Notes: generated by a model not told the origin, from the sequence alone. A stretch of DNA of 64,000 nt from Chara braunii (GCA_003427395.1 BFEA01000030.1:369090-433089), one strand, 5' to 3'. Counted from the first letter of the stretch, positions 27,301-42,300 are shown. Numbers and translations are program-made.

Positions 27301-30300
27301 CAGGGTAAGTGCACAGATGTCCAGGGATTCGTATGATGTAAGAGGGCCATCCAAATCAGTACCAACAATATCCAAGACTTCCCAAGGACCAAAATACTGA
27401 GGTATTAGTTTCCGATAGATTCTGAATGCCTGTCCTAATTCACTAGCCTTTACCCAGACACGTTCCCCTACCTGAAATGTGGACTGTCGTCTATGTTTGT
27501 TCTCAGAGGCAATCATTGCCTCCTTAGATTTCTGATATGCTCGACAGCCTGCTGCAGCAACCTTTCATACTGGACACCAAACTCTATGGTTCCAGGCATT
27601 GTAACTTGTCGGTTTTCTGGAAGGAGGAAGTCTAGTGCAGATTTAGGCCTCCACCCGAGATGCAGCTCGTTCGGGCTGACGCCGGTGGTGCTGTGTACAG
27701 CGTTGTTATAGAGACTGGCGATGAGAGGCAATTTCTCATCCAGTCATCTTGGCTGGGCTTGATGTAGTGCCTCAGCAAATGCTGCACCACGTGGTTCATC
27801 TGTTCCGCTTGGCCGTTGGCTTCGGGATGATTCCTCGAAGTCATTTGAAGTTGGCTGCCCATTTGTTCTGCGGCCTTCTTCCACATCTCACTGGTGAAAC
27901 AGACATCCCTATCACTAACAATGCTCTTGGGCAGTCCAAAGTCACGCACCCAGTTATCCATAAATAACTTGATGATGTGGTCGGTCTTGGCTGTCTTGGC
28001 TGTTTCTGGTATGGGAAGTAGTCTAGCATGAGTACTTAGTAAACCTGTCCACTATGACGAAGATGTGCATCTTGCCACTCTTGCTGGTCACGAGGGTATC
28101 CATGAAATCCATGGAGGCACTCTGTCCTGGACCCGCAGGAATGGGCAAGGGCTTGCGTAACCCAAACGGAGCTTGAGTTTGCGGCTTATCCCGCTGACTG
28201 AACGCACTTCTTCGTATTATCAAGCATACCAGGCCACCAGAAACGCTGCACCTAGTTACCACTAGTCTTCTTGTAGCCGAAGTGACCAGTTGCATCATGA
28301 CTTTCACCTAAAAATAAAATACGCAAAATCTCACTAGACGGCATACACAGTTTTTTAAACCCTGCCTTCTCAAAAAAGAGGAAACCATCCACCATCACAA
28401 ACTCGTCATATGTAGCCTTGTCGTTAATCTCTAGTTTGTGTATGATGTCCATCATGATGGGATCTTCCTTGTAGGCTCCCACCAACAATCGAGTTACATC
28501 ATCAGATAGGCCAAATTCAGTAATTGGCGCACCTAGGTAGTCTGTCCTACGCGGCAGCGCATCAACAACCTTATTGTATTCTCCCTTCACATAGTCTAGC
28601 TTAGAGTGATACGGATTTATGACTTCAATCCATCGTTTGAGGGCATCAGAGAGAACAGGTTGCGTCTTAGTCCACTTGAGTGGCTGATGGTTAGCTCTCA
28701 AGTAGAAGAACCTTCCCAACAGGTAGTGCCTCCAGTGGACAAGAGCCTTATAAAGGGCATAGAGTTCCTTGTCGTTGGAGGACTTCGCCAACTTTTTAGA
28801 TGGCATCTTCTTACTGATGTACTCGATCGACCTTAACTCCTTCCCTTCCTGCTGGGCCAGCATTGCGCCAATGCCATATTGGCTTGCATCAGTGGTTATG
28901 ATGAATGACTTCTCCGAATTAGGAAGCATGAGAATCTCATGATGCATGAGAGCATACTTCAAACGTTTGAAGGCTCCCTCACGTTCGTTTGTCCATTCCC
29001 ATGATGTGTCAAGGCGTGTTAGATCAGTCAAAGGGGCGACCACCGTACTATAATTCTTGACAAAATTGCGGTAGTAGCCAGTTATCCCTAAGAATAATAT
29101 GACCTCCGTCGCAAACTGAGGTTGTGGTCAGTCACGAATGCTAGCCACCTTCGCATCTTCGGGACTAACCCCATCCGCGGATACTTTATGGCCCAAGTAT
29201 AAGATCTTTGTGTGCCCAAACTCGCATTTTTCTTGCTTGATCTTGTATTTGTGCTATCTAAGGAGGGCTAGCACAAGATCTAAGTGTTGCACATGGTCCT
29301 TGACGGTCTTACTAAGGATGAGAATATCGTCGAGGTGCACGACGATAAACTTATCCAAGTAATCATGAAACACCCTATTCATGGCATGTTGGAACATACC
29401 CCGTGCATTGCGAAGGTTAAAGGGCATCACCACAAACTCGTACAGACCGTACCTAGTCTGAAATGCGGTTTTGTGCTGATCCTTCGGTCTAATGGCAATT
29501 TGATGGTAGTCGGACTTAAGATCTATCTTTGTAAAGTACTTACATCCCTGCACCCTATCCAATAGGTTGTCGATGCGGGCCAGAGGCTCTGCATTTTTGG
29601 TGATGACATTGAGGCCTCTATAATCAATGCACATCCTTAGTGATCCCCCCTTCTTCAGAACGAATAGAACTGGTGAGCCGAAGGGGCAAATACTAGGACA
29701 TATCCAACACTTCTCTGTGAGCTCTTTCAGTTGCTGACGAAGCTCGTCCAACTCGGTCGGAACCATTTTATAGATCCTGCTCTTTGGTGTTTTGCTACTT
29801 GGGATGATTTCTATGGCATGGACAACCTCCCTGTCTACGGCTCTTGAAGGCTCCTCAAACAGATCGAGGTACTTAGCAATGAGAGATTTTATCTCTGGGG
29901 TGATTTAATGGCCTCCCCTTTCCCAGAAATGAATACTAAGTGCATACCCTCCTCTTGGTTCTTTTTATAATAGTTCTGGAACACAGATGCACACATGCAC
30001 CCGTGGGAGTCAGCTAACCTACTAGCTCTATACTTAGCTAGTCTAATGGTCCTCCCATCAGGCAAAACATGCTTGAGCACTTTTCATCCCTGTCAAACTG
30101 GGGTTTGGCAACCTTGGGGTAGTCCATACCTAACAACATTTCAAATGGCAAGTCATCGCTAGTTAGAACGAAATCTAATGATTAAGTTCCCCACCTCCAT
30201 AGGAGAAGGTGCAGACCACGTCCTTGACATAGTCTTTGACCAACAAGGGCTCTTTGTTGCCTAGAGTAGATGCTACAAGTCTACTCAAGCGTTGCACCCG

Positions 30301-33300
30301 GTCCCCTAGGCGCAATCTCTCAATGTAGTCGCCACTTATGAAGTTCCGCATGGAGCCAATGCCTACAAAGGCACCACACTTGCAGTTACCTACACCGACT
30401 TCCACTACGAAATGCTCCCCTCTAGGACGTCTAGATAGTGCCACCCAAAACTCACGAGGGTGTGACGCGCCAACTTCCGGACCTGCGCTACCTTCCCGCC
30501 CCCCCCTGTTTCTCTGTCTTTTTGTCAAATTTTGGATGACCATCCGACGAGGCCTTTTTTTTTTGTATTTTCATGAATGTAATATGCAAGGCCCTCGGAC
30601 CTATTTTTGGAAATTTGTCTTTTTTTGCAGATTGGGAATTACCTGGAAATTACGCGCGCCTTAGCGAGCGCGCTAGGAATTTGGGGTCGACGGTTAGGAA
30701 TTTCGAGATAAGCGGAATCCGACGTGTCCTTTCTTGTGCATGAATATTCGCAACTTCATCTTGGTAAGCTCTGGGAATTTTCGCAGAAATCTGAATAGGC
30801 GTAGGACTTTTCCACGCGCCCGTTTTTCCGCGCGGATATGGTATTTTTCAATTTGAATTAGTCGTAACTGTTTCGGTGTCTTTTTGCCTTCGCGACAGCG
30901 CCGTGCATGTGAGCCTCCCCTCCCCACTTCCCCCGTTGTCCTCGACAATCCCTTCCTCGCGCTCATACTCCTCTCTTTGTAACCGTTTCCCATCTCCCCA
31001 TCACCTTGCACACCTTTTCTCTCCTTCTTGATTGTTTGAATCTTGGTTCCGTTTTGCGCTATTCTTCGCACTCTTCTTCTTCCCACTCTGATCCCCCGCG
31101 CTGAAACAACACGATCCCCTCCCTCTAACCAAAAAGACACGTCGTGTAAGAGGATAATTCTTGATACACGACGATTTTGATTGCCTACAGCTGGGATCCA
31201 AAGGATCGACATGGCTTTCGACGGGCAATCCCTGAGTCTTCTCCTACTTCTCCCTGTTTCAGTCCTAACCCGTCCTAGCATTTATCCTTTTTTCCGCAAC
31301 TATAAATTCCGCAAGCGCTCCCGAAAATCTCTCTCTTGACTCATCATCTCGCTTCCGGGAAGTCGTGGCTAGACGGTATAAAGGAAGGTGCGAGTCGAAA
31401 AGTCTCGACGAGCAGGTTGTAGTCGTGGCGCTCGGCATGTTGGGTCGCACGACGGACTGTGGGATCCGAGCAGGGCCGCGCAGAGGCTAAGTCGGCGGGG
31501 TGATGATCGCTATGGTGGATTGGCACATGAAGGTCGGGATCGTCAGTGCAAGTGAAACGTTCGAGTCGGAAGTGAGTGAGTGCATGGTTCGGGGCCATGG
31601 TGCAATTTTATGACGGTAGTGGTTTCTCTCCTTTCTATTCCAAAGTTGTCTCTTCGAATGTGAGTTTTTGATCGCTCGGTTTTTGAGCCAAGACATCTCT
31701 GGGCAAGATCGCCTGACACTCTGTGATTGCTTTCTACTCATTTTTCCCTCCTAGTCTGTGTCCCTACTCTCCCTTCTTCGGTTGCGACATGTCATAATGG
31801 ATGAATTATGGTGACCTTGTTTCTCTTGCTTCGGTATGTGCATGTAGTGAGCCGTGATTGAAGGTTTTGTTGTAGCATGATTGAACGGATGATTGGTTGA
31901 GCGACTGAATGATCGGGTTGCCTAGATTGACAGACGGATGATGTATGATTAGGATCTGTGCTTACCTTTGTTGCCATGTGGACTGACAGCCCCAACTCGA
32001 CCGGGCGCCAACTTCCCGTGCCCCCGCCGCGCCCCTTCCCGTACAACGAGGAAAGGACACGGGTATGCGAGTGGGACGTACGAGAAGCCGTCGACAAGAT
32101 CGGAGGGCGTTATTACTTTCCTTTCGAAACTTAGTGCTCTGGATTCGTTGATGCGGGTTTTGTTATCATCGATACACACTTTCCGCCATATTCGTTGGTA
32201 TTGCCTTTTTACGAGATGATCGTCGTCCCATGGGCGGCAGTGGAGCCTCATTGGCCTAATACTCTGTGCAGCGATTGTCGCCGCATCGAGCGTTATCAGA
32301 CCAAGGGGTTTCACTATCGCACACACGCCGAGGACGAACATAAGGAAAATGCCACCCGGTTGAGTCCCTCCACGTCGAACTCGGAGTTGTGTAGCGAGCA
32401 CCGACGCGACCTCATCTGAAAACAAGATACCAAGTGTGTACCCGCCCCCTGTCACGCAAAACGAAGGGCGACGGATCGTTGGGAAGTCCAGCGATACTGT
32501 TTGGATTGAATTTCCCATAGCTGCGAGTCCCGCGCACGCTTTTTTTTCCTTAAGACCCGCGCGGCGACGGATCTTTTTCTTACTACAGTCGGACCAACAC
32601 GGGGGATTTCAGTTCCGTCTGTGTCCCCGCACTCAATTTTTCAAAAATCCTTGACACACCCCATCATCGTTGCCTTTCCCGGGCCCCTTCCGCGAACCGC
32701 AACGCTCCGACCGGAAGGTAGCGCAGGGCGTGAGGTTGGTATCGGAGCCAACACGTGTCGGTTCTGACGATTAGTAAGATGAGCTGGCGAAGGGAAGAAC
32801 CACCAACCGACCTAATCGGTTGAGTCCTCCGATTATCCGACAAAGGTCTGCCGAAACTCAACCAGAGTTGCCCATGGCTGATGCTAATGGAGCACCTCCT
32901 CGGGTGATGGTGAGCATCCCCGCCACCTTCCCATTTTACCCCAACCATACCCATTCTGAGGCATCGCTTGAGGCGTACAAGCTCAGGGATATGGCGCAGA
33001 GGACCTCCCTCGCGTCATCACCCTGCTTCTCCGAAACACCGCTCATGATTGGTTTAGAAGACATAGGTGGGTAGATTGGGAAACCTTCAAAAGAGCATTC
33101 CTAGCACGATTTGACGAAGTCAGTGAGGATGCTGCATGGTTCGTATTGAAAACTCGACCGCAAGAACCCGGAGAGTTACTACCCGATTTTGTGGACCGAT
33201 TTTAAACCGCGCTGGACAAATCAGGGTGAGAAGAAAACGCCGCAGGAGATTTGTTCATTGATCATCTCCGTAACCCCGTGCTAAAAGCAAAACTACAAAA

Positions 33301-36300
33301 GAAGGTACCCCCTAAAACAAACCAATTACCAGTCATCATCACTAAAGCACTTGAACTCGACTTGATGGATACGCGCAAATACATAGGTCAGGGGGACGAA
33401 GACATCTCGGATACAATACAGGATGTCACTGCTAAGCGACGATTGTGGCTTAGAGCAGTGGGGCGATTCTACCCTCGCCCCGATCACGACTATCAGGACG
33501 GACCTTCGTTGGATCCCTCTCCCCTCCCTCCTAAGATGGTGCATGTGAACACCGTCATGCCCCAGGCTGCGCCAGTACCCATCGCTAACCTGCATCTAGC
33601 CCAGATGATTCATACCGCCACAACTAAACAATCTGAGTGGATGAACAATCTGATACAGATGCAGACTTCTCAGATGGATCGACTGGAATAGATCATAACG
33701 AAACTGATAAAAGCTAATTCGATTTCTCCGGGTCCCGCTCCTCCTTCGTATCCCATGTTGGCTGCCCCTCCTGCCTCTGCCCAATCACTTACAACTTAGA
33801 ATCAGGGTGTTAATCCAGCAGGAAGAGTCTGCCCAAGCACTTACAACTTAGAATCAAGGGGTCAATCCAGCAGGAAGAGTCGAATGTTACAACTATAAGC
33901 AACCCGGACACTTTGCACGCGACTGCCCCCTGCAAAGACGTAACCAGCCCCCGCCGGCAGCGGCGCCTATCGCCTTGAATCAGGGACGGGTAGCCGCACT
34001 ATTAGAAGCAGCAAGGGAAAGGGGATTTTACCCTCCCCCTGCAGAGCCATCGGCTGAACCCGTCGCGTCCAGATCGGGATCATCTTCAAAAGTGGCCGAT
34101 GTTGTTAATCCTAAAGAGTCCCTCCAACTAGCAGGATTGATCGGAGCAATCCGACCTGGCAAGGATGAATTCAAATGGGTGGAGCGAGGATTAGAGCCCG
34201 GTCCTCAGTTTCGAACAGGGGAGATCGTTGTGCTTCAGATGCTCAAACACTTGGATATATGAGTCCCTGTCCCCGTGGGACATCTACTGACCATATTGGA
34301 AGCTGCGAACGACAGAATTCTGCAGCAATGCCAGAAAAATCAGAAACGCTTTACGTATCAACGCGTTCAAAAAATGTTGAAGAAAAAGATGGACGATGAG
34401 GCAGAAGTAGACCCTCCTTTATCGAAACCAATATCCACCATGCCCGACGCACTCGAGACTGCTCGGGTTGCCACCATTTCATACGCAAAAAAAAAAACAC
34501 TTCGTTCGAGTTCGATCTGTTATGTGGAAAAGTGCGGAGTGCGATTGTGAGGTATGGGGGAAACCGTTCAATGCCCTGGTTAATACAGGATCGTCTGCGG
34601 TAGCGATATCTTTGGACACCGTCCGAAAAACTGGACGATTGAATTCAATCCTTCCCTTACCCAGACGAGACAGCTACGTCTCTGCCGACGAAGAAAGGAT
34701 GAACATAGTAGGGATTATTGAAAACGTAGCCGTTAAGGTAGGACGAGCACATGTCCTGGTCAATGCATTAGTAATCGATGTACAGTCATACTCGGTTCTG
34801 TTGGGGTTGCCTTGGGCTATGGTTGTGGGCGCACGAATACATTTAGACTCCAAGCAGCTCGTCCTTACGCATACTGGAGGAAAGCCTCAAACAATTCCGC
34901 TATGAGTCTCCACTCAATCACCAAGAAAGACCCCCGACCTCCCCCGAATAGGAATGATACAAGTCCCAAGCCCAGAAGAATCGTTCGAAAGCAGTGTCGA
35001 GGACCGACACCTGTCCCTGGATGACGAGTATGATGAGCGAGACTATGACGGACTGCTAGGTAGCATGCCTACTGAAAAGGAATGGAATCAGTTAGTCGAG
35101 CTGTTCGGTCACGAGACCAAAGAAGAGTTCCGGATAAATCCGACTACTACTAGGACATTTGATCTAGAACAGAAGATAGCCAGACAGGCCCTGCATCGCC
35201 TTTATCCCTGCGTGCACTAACAGCAACCCAGATTTCAGTAACATCTTTTCTAGGAGAACCTATCTTGCAAGTTTCGGATATGGTTGACTTCTTGGAACCC
35301 GCTCGGACCCTGTACGAGGGCGTGCTTTCCTTACGAGAAAGATATCAATAAATGGATCAGTACTTGGATTTTTCCGTTTCCCCGCCCAGGCCTCTGCTCA
35401 CGCAAAACGCTGTCTTGCAAGTTTCAGATATGGCTGACTTCTTGGAACCCCCTCTAACCCTGTACGAGGGCGTGCTTTCCTTACGAGAAAGATATCAACA
35501 AATGGATCAGTACTTGGATTTTTCAGTTTCCCTGCCCAGGCCTCTGCTCACGCAAAACGCTGTGATCGCACTAATTAGGTAGGAGGCCGAAGCTCTGATC
35601 AATGATGTTCCCAATCTAATGCAGGAAATGACTGAGCTGACTGGGCTGGGAATAGCCGCCAGCACTGCGGATGTCGAGACCGATGCCAAAACCAAGGAAA
35701 CCGAAATGATAAGCCCGACTGAATCACAAATGCTTGCTACTGTTTTTTCGGTCCGTACTAGCAGCTCCATGTTCTCCAGCGTAGAAGGGAGGCCACCGAG
35801 AGGACTAGGGCAAACCAACGTACGGCTGGATCTTTTCGAACGATAAAAGATCACATTACCTGGTCATGTTCCTCGTGAAATTCGCCAGTCTTTGATCGAT
35901 GTATTGCATGGATATGCAAAGGTGTTGAGTGTGCATGATTGTCATATTGGGTTGTTCATTGTGATCGAACATGTGATCCTCACAGGGGATCATCCGATAA
36001 TTAGTTGCGCTCCCTATCAGTACTCTCCGACACAACGACGAGATGCGTTCGAGAAGGTGAAGGAGTTTGAAGCTAATGGGTGGATCGAACCTGCCATAGG
36101 ACCATGGTCCTTCCCGGTGGTGATTGTACCGAAAAAGGCAGGAGGAATTCGTATATGCATTGATTATCGGAAGTTGAATGATATTACGATTAAGGACGTA
36201 TACCCCCTCCCCCGGATTGATGAATTATTCGATGCTATTGGTGGTGCTCGATTTTTAAGTAAGTTTGATGTTCGTCATGGGTTCCACCATCTCCCAGTTC

Positions 36301-39300
36301 GAAAGGAAGATCGCCCGAAGATGGCCTTCGTTCTTTTCGAAGGGACTTGGCAATGGGTTCGATGCTCGATGGGATCTGCAACGCCCCAGCCACGTTTCAG
36401 CGCGAGATGAACATGACCTTTCAGAACTTCGTGCGAAAAACGAGGCTGGCGTAGAGTATTATAAATTATTGTGTGATTGTATACATGGATGATATCCTTG
36501 TGTATTCGAGTTCCTACGAAGGGCACGTACAACACATTGAATGGATGCTGCACGCATTGAAGGATGGTGGATTTAAGGTGGCCCTCGAGAAATGCCAGTT
36601 TTTCCTCACAAGGATTTCCTTTTTCGGCCACGTGGTTACGGACAAGGGGTTGCAACCGGAACCGCAGAAGTTAGCTGCAGTAAAAGACGCGCCGGTGCCG
36701 ACGTCAGTTACACAAGTACGCGCTTTTTTGGGACTAGCCTCGTACTATCGGAGGTTTATCAAGGGATTTGCAGTAATCGAGGGACCACTCACGAACCTGC
36801 TGAAAAAAAAGCAGCCGTTGATTTGGACCCCGCAGTGCGATCAGGCCGTTCAAGAACCTAAGGCGACTTTGATTTCGGCTCCGGTCCTTATAAGATCGGA
36901 CCCGGAGAAGCCTTTTGTCCTCGTCACCGATTGGCAGCCCGAGGCGATCTCAACAATCTTGGCCCAGGTGGGACCTGATGGCTTGGAACACGTGTAGAAT
37001 ATGCGTCTAAATCAGTACCTTCCTGCAAGAGGAATTACTCCGCTCCAACGGGAGAATGCTACGCGGCCTTGTGGGGAATCAGTCACTTTCGGGCTTACTT
37101 ATATGGCCGGAAGTTCAGATTAGTGATTGATCATGAACCACTGTTGGCCCTGAAGAAGTCAAAGGACTACTCGAGTATGATCGGACGATGGGCTACCACG
37201 TTGCAGAGCATGGAATTTGACATTGGTCATCGGAAGCACGAAAGACACGACAACGCGGACGGGCTGACACAGTTGCATCGACCCGGCAAGGTACCCAAGA
37301 ATGAGGAAGTGATGTTGTGGCACGATCCAGAGCCAAAACACGAGCCCCAGTACGGTGAGGTGGAAATCCTTCTGAAGGATGAAGTGGACACGAGATCTCT
37401 CTCTCTCTCTCTCTTCTTTCCCCAAACCATGACGACCCCTTCTTCTTCTGCTCCCACCCCATCGATTCTTTCTCCTTCTCCGCATTTGAAAATTTTCGCC
37501 GATCTTCCGGATAAATTTTGTTATTTTTGCACGTGTATCTCACGGGTGTATGGGGTAGACATCGACCGATTCCTCAATACCCATCTAGATACAAAAGAGA
37601 TCCTAACTGACAACGGGTCCGAATTCAAGGCCGAGGTAGAGGAATTACTGATGCGTCGTGGCGTTGCTCTCCGACACACTGCTCCCCATGTCTCACAGTC
37701 TAATGGGTTGGCCGAGAACGCTAACCGCATGATTAAGACCGCTCTTCGCCGGAACCTAGTGGCCAACAACACGCGTCCTTGGCCCGAGATAGTGTACCAA
37801 ATCATCAAGAACCATCGAGCGACCCCTCATGAATCTACTGGATTCACCCCTTTTCAGCTACGAACGAATAGTATCCCATGTGTTGACAATCGGGGTGCCA
37901 CGGGAAACATCGAGAACGGGGGAAGGGACACACGGTCGGCCCTTAAGGCTAGGGCCAAACGCTATGCGGAGTTAATGGAAAAGGCTATCCTTAGATTAGC
38001 CCAAAAAAGGCAGAGAATGACCGAATTGGCCCACGGTAGGCAGGTCCGTAGTTACGAGGCCCAGAATGGGAATGCAAGCCCACAACACCAGTATAAATTA
38101 GGGGACCTAGTGCAGGTACGCAAATGTGCACATGATCGGAAACTCTCTCCCAAGTTCTCTGGCTGCTTCCGCGTAGTGGAACTCGGCCCTAACGGAGCCA
38201 ATACTGTACGCATCGCGCCTGAGACCAGCGCCAGCCATAGCTCTCTTCCCATTGTCCGCCATGCCTCCTACCTTCGCCCTCTCCCGCCCTCTGAAGATCA
38301 TGCCTCCCCTTCGTCTTCTTCCTTTACCCCAGACGAGGATCTTGCTTCCTCTCCTTTTTCTGGCAATACTTCTCCTCGGTCTTCGCCATGAGCTTCGCCA
38401 TCGAACCGGCTCTTCCTCCATAGCTTCTTCAGCCTCGACCTTCATTACAGTTTCGCCAAGTCATGCATCCTCGTCTCAGTCCTGATCTTTTCCGATTCGC
38501 ACAGTTGTTCAGTCATCGGGCCTGGTACGCGGCCGTGGAGGTAACGATTTCAACGGAGTTGGGATCGACTGTCATCTTGGTGGAAGCCTCGGCGTTCGAG
38601 CGTTTTTCTCGGCCTACTCAGAGCGGCGTAACGGTGATCGTTGCTTTCAGTGGCGATCTATGCACTATTGGCATCCAGCGGCGTGACGCGGTGGTCACAA
38701 GCCTCTACGAGTGGGGGAAGGCGTTGGTAGCAGATTGGCAGCAGCGGCTGGCTCGACCAGGCCGACAGGTGGTGGGAACCGACTGTACTGACACCTTTTC
38801 TCTTCAAACTCGTAGCACTGATCCCCCTGCTCGACCGCTACCTCCTCTTCGCCCTTACCCTTTGCGGAGATGAATCGTTTCTCTACCTTTCTCTCTCCCT
38901 TCCGATCTTCCAACTCGCTGGCCATCTTGGGCCGATCCCCTTCTAACTTTGGAGATGCGCCCCGCTCCGATCCCTCCCTTCCATCCTTCTTATATTTGCA
39001 AGTGGACTGAGTTCGCGATAGTCAGCGTGTGCATGCTAACGGTGAAGCGGACACCGAAGACAACTTAGTTGGTATCCTCTGTGGGGAGATCGCCGAAGGA
39101 GGACGAGCGACTGTCGCCTACGAGATCCTCACGTTCCTATCTCAGCTTGTGGACGATTTACCAACAAGCATCATCTCCTTCAATCCGAGCGATCCTAGCC
39201 AAGTCGGGCCTGTCACTGTGAAGAGAACGTTGACACCAACGGTAACTTGGGCAAATTGTACAGAGGATTTCGGTCAGTACTTGAGCGATCACGATCCCAC

Positions 39301-42300
39301 GACTTGGTGTTATCTAGACCTGAACGAGCTCGCATCGGATAATTCCAATCTGAACGAGTTCGGGAACGCTCATCTGGCACACGGAGAGGTGTCGTCGGAC
39401 GACGACCCAGGTCGCACAGCCATTGTGGGGCTGTCAGCGGAAGAAGAGTCGGAGGCCCGATCAACGACGAAGCAAGAAGAGGAGGCATCAGCACCCGAGC
39501 CCCAGGAAGCTCCTCCGGCCCAAGCACCAGTCGCACGAGGAGGATATGCCCTGAACCCCGAAGTCCCCTCCGACGCCGCCAGGCGTCACGATGGCGCGGA
39601 ATCCTCCCGCCGGCGCCGCCGCTCTCGCTCCCCATCTCCTTCCTCCCCCTCCCCCTCCGCGCTTCGTCCCCGTCCTTCTCCCCGCACGGGCGCTCCGTCC
39701 TCGTCCCATCTACCGCCGCCCTCTTGATTATCTTTCCTTTTCTCCTCTCCCCCATATCGAATTCCCCCTAACCTATCGCATATTCGCCAACTAGCTCTTT
39801 TGCCACCACTTCGTTGTGCGACTCCTGTGCACAGTCTTTCCACACCGCCCCCCCTCCTTCCCGCTCAACATCCTCCTTTTCAGTGTCGCATGGAGGCAAT
39901 ACAACCATATGCAATTGTATTGCATCATCTCCGGGACTTTCCCCGCAGTAGAGGACTATGAGTCTCTACGCGATAATATCCTCCGGGCCATCCCAACCCT
40001 ATACCCCGACTATCTCCTCTCCCTCTCTCAACCCAACCATCGATTCCCTCGAGCGCACCGAATCGTCCACTTCGTCGTTCTTGGTGACGAAGCATCCGAT
40101 TTCTTTCCTCCTCTCCCAAATGAATGGCCCATGCCACTCCATCACCCTCTCCTCGTCGACTATCGCCGGTCGGATTTCCAATGATGAAGCAGAACTAGGC
40201 GAGATTTGGTGGACCATGATGGCGTCACCTGGACGACCTCCGCCAATCGAAGGAGCAAGGAGTTGCACATGACAGGGCTGGATAGTAGAGAATCTGCAAG
40301 CCAACACGAATCGTAACGATCCTGCAATTAAAGTTGGCGTCAACAAGGGATTCTGGCCCGATCTGTTGCTGATACGAAATCTTGTCTGTTCTGATACGCT
40401 CGGTTCCTCGTTCATCCCTTCGACCCCTTTTCCCTCCTCCGACATTTAAATTGGCTTTCGTGCATGCAATCAGGAGATCGCATAATTTTGGAAGCCCCTG
40501 AGCGTCACATATGTGACGCGCCAACTTCCGGACATGCGCTACCTTCCCCCTCCCCCTTGTTTCTCTGTCTTTTTGTCAAATTTTGGATGACCATCCGACG
40601 AGGCCTCTTTTTTGTATTTTCATGAATGTAATATGCAAGGCCCTCGGACCAATTTTTGGAAATTTGTCTTTTTTTGCAGATTGGGAATTACCTGGAAATT
40701 ACACGCGCCTTAGCGAGCGCGCTAGGAATTTGGGTCGACGGTTAGGAATTTCGGAATAAGCGGGATCCTACGTGTCCTTTCTTGTGCATGAATATTCACA
40801 ACTTCGTCTTGGGAAGCTTTGGGAATTTTCGCAGAAATCTGAATAGGCGTAGGACTTTTCCACGCGCCCGTTTTTCCGCGCGGATATGGTATTTTTCAAT
40901 TTGAATTAGTCGTANGGGAATTTTCGCAGAAATCTGAATAGGCGTAGGACTTTTCCACGCGCCCGTTTTTCCGCGCGGATATGGTATTTTTCAATTTGAA
41001 TTAGTCGTAATTGTTTCGGTGCCTTTTTGCCTTCGCGACAGCGCCATGCATGCGAGCCTCCCCTCCCCGCTTCCCCCGCTGTCCTCGACACTCCCTTCCT
41101 CGCGCTCATAGTCCTCCTCTCTCTGTAACCGTTTCCCATCTCCCCATCGCCTTGCACGCCTTTTCTCTCCTTCTTGATCGTTTGAATCTTGGTTCCGTTT
41201 CGCGCTATTCTTCGCGCTCTTCTTCCCGCTCTGATCCGCTGCGCTGAAACACCAGGTCGATCCCCTCCCTCTAGCGAAAGAGACACGCCGTGTAAGAGGA
41301 GAATTCCTGATACACGACGATTCTGATTGGCTACAGCTGGGATCCAAAGGATCGACATGGCTTTCGACGGTGAATCGCTGAGTCTTCTCCTACTTCTCCC
41401 TGTTTCAGTCCTAACCCTTCCCAACATCTATCATTCTTTCCACAACTCTAAATTCCGCAAGTGCTCCCGGAAATCTCTCTCTCGACTCATCAGCCCGCTT
41501 CCGGGAAGTCGTGGGTAGATGGTATGAAGGAAGGTGCGAGTTGAAAAGTCCCGACGAGCGGGCTATAGCCTTGGCGCTCGGCATGTTGGGTCGCCCGATG
41601 GACTGTGGGATCCGAGCAGGGCCGCGTAGAGGCTAAGTCGACGGGGTGACGATCGCTATGGTGGATTGGCACGTGACGACCGGGATCGTCAGTGCAAGTG
41701 AGACGTTCGAGTCGGAAGTGGGTGAGTGCATGGTCCGGGGCCATGGTGGAATTTTATGACGGTAGTGGTTTCTCTCCTTTCTATTCCAAAGTTGTATCTT
41801 CGAATGTGAGTTTTTGATTGCTCGGTTTTTTAGCCAAGACATCTCTGGGCAAGATCGCCTGATACTCTGTGATTGCTTTCTACTCGTTTCTCCCTCCTAG
41901 TCTGTGTCCCTACTCTCCCTTCTCCGGTCGCTACATGTCATAATGGATGAATTATGGTGACCTTGTTTCTCTCGCTTCGATACGTGCATGTAGTGAGCCG
42001 TGATTGGAGGTTTTGTTGTAGCATGATTGAACGGATGATTGGTTGAGCGACTGAATGATCGGGTTGCCTGGATTGACAGACGGATGATGTATGATTAGGA
42101 TATGTGCTTACCTTTGTTGCCATGTGGACTGACGGCCCCAACTCGACCGGGCGCCAACTTCCCGTGCCCCCGCCGTGCCCCTTCCTGTACAACGAGGAAA
42201 GGACACAGGTATGCGAGTGGGACGTACGAGAAGCCGTCGCCAAGATCGGAGGGCGTTATTACTTTCCTCTCGAAACTCAGTGCTCTGGATTCGTTGATGT

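Noticed and set aside
40821-41009. About 94-bp tandem duplication within the 3' LTR
   Set aside because: Identical copies separated by a single N and absent from the 5' LTR; most likely a contig-overlap artefact.
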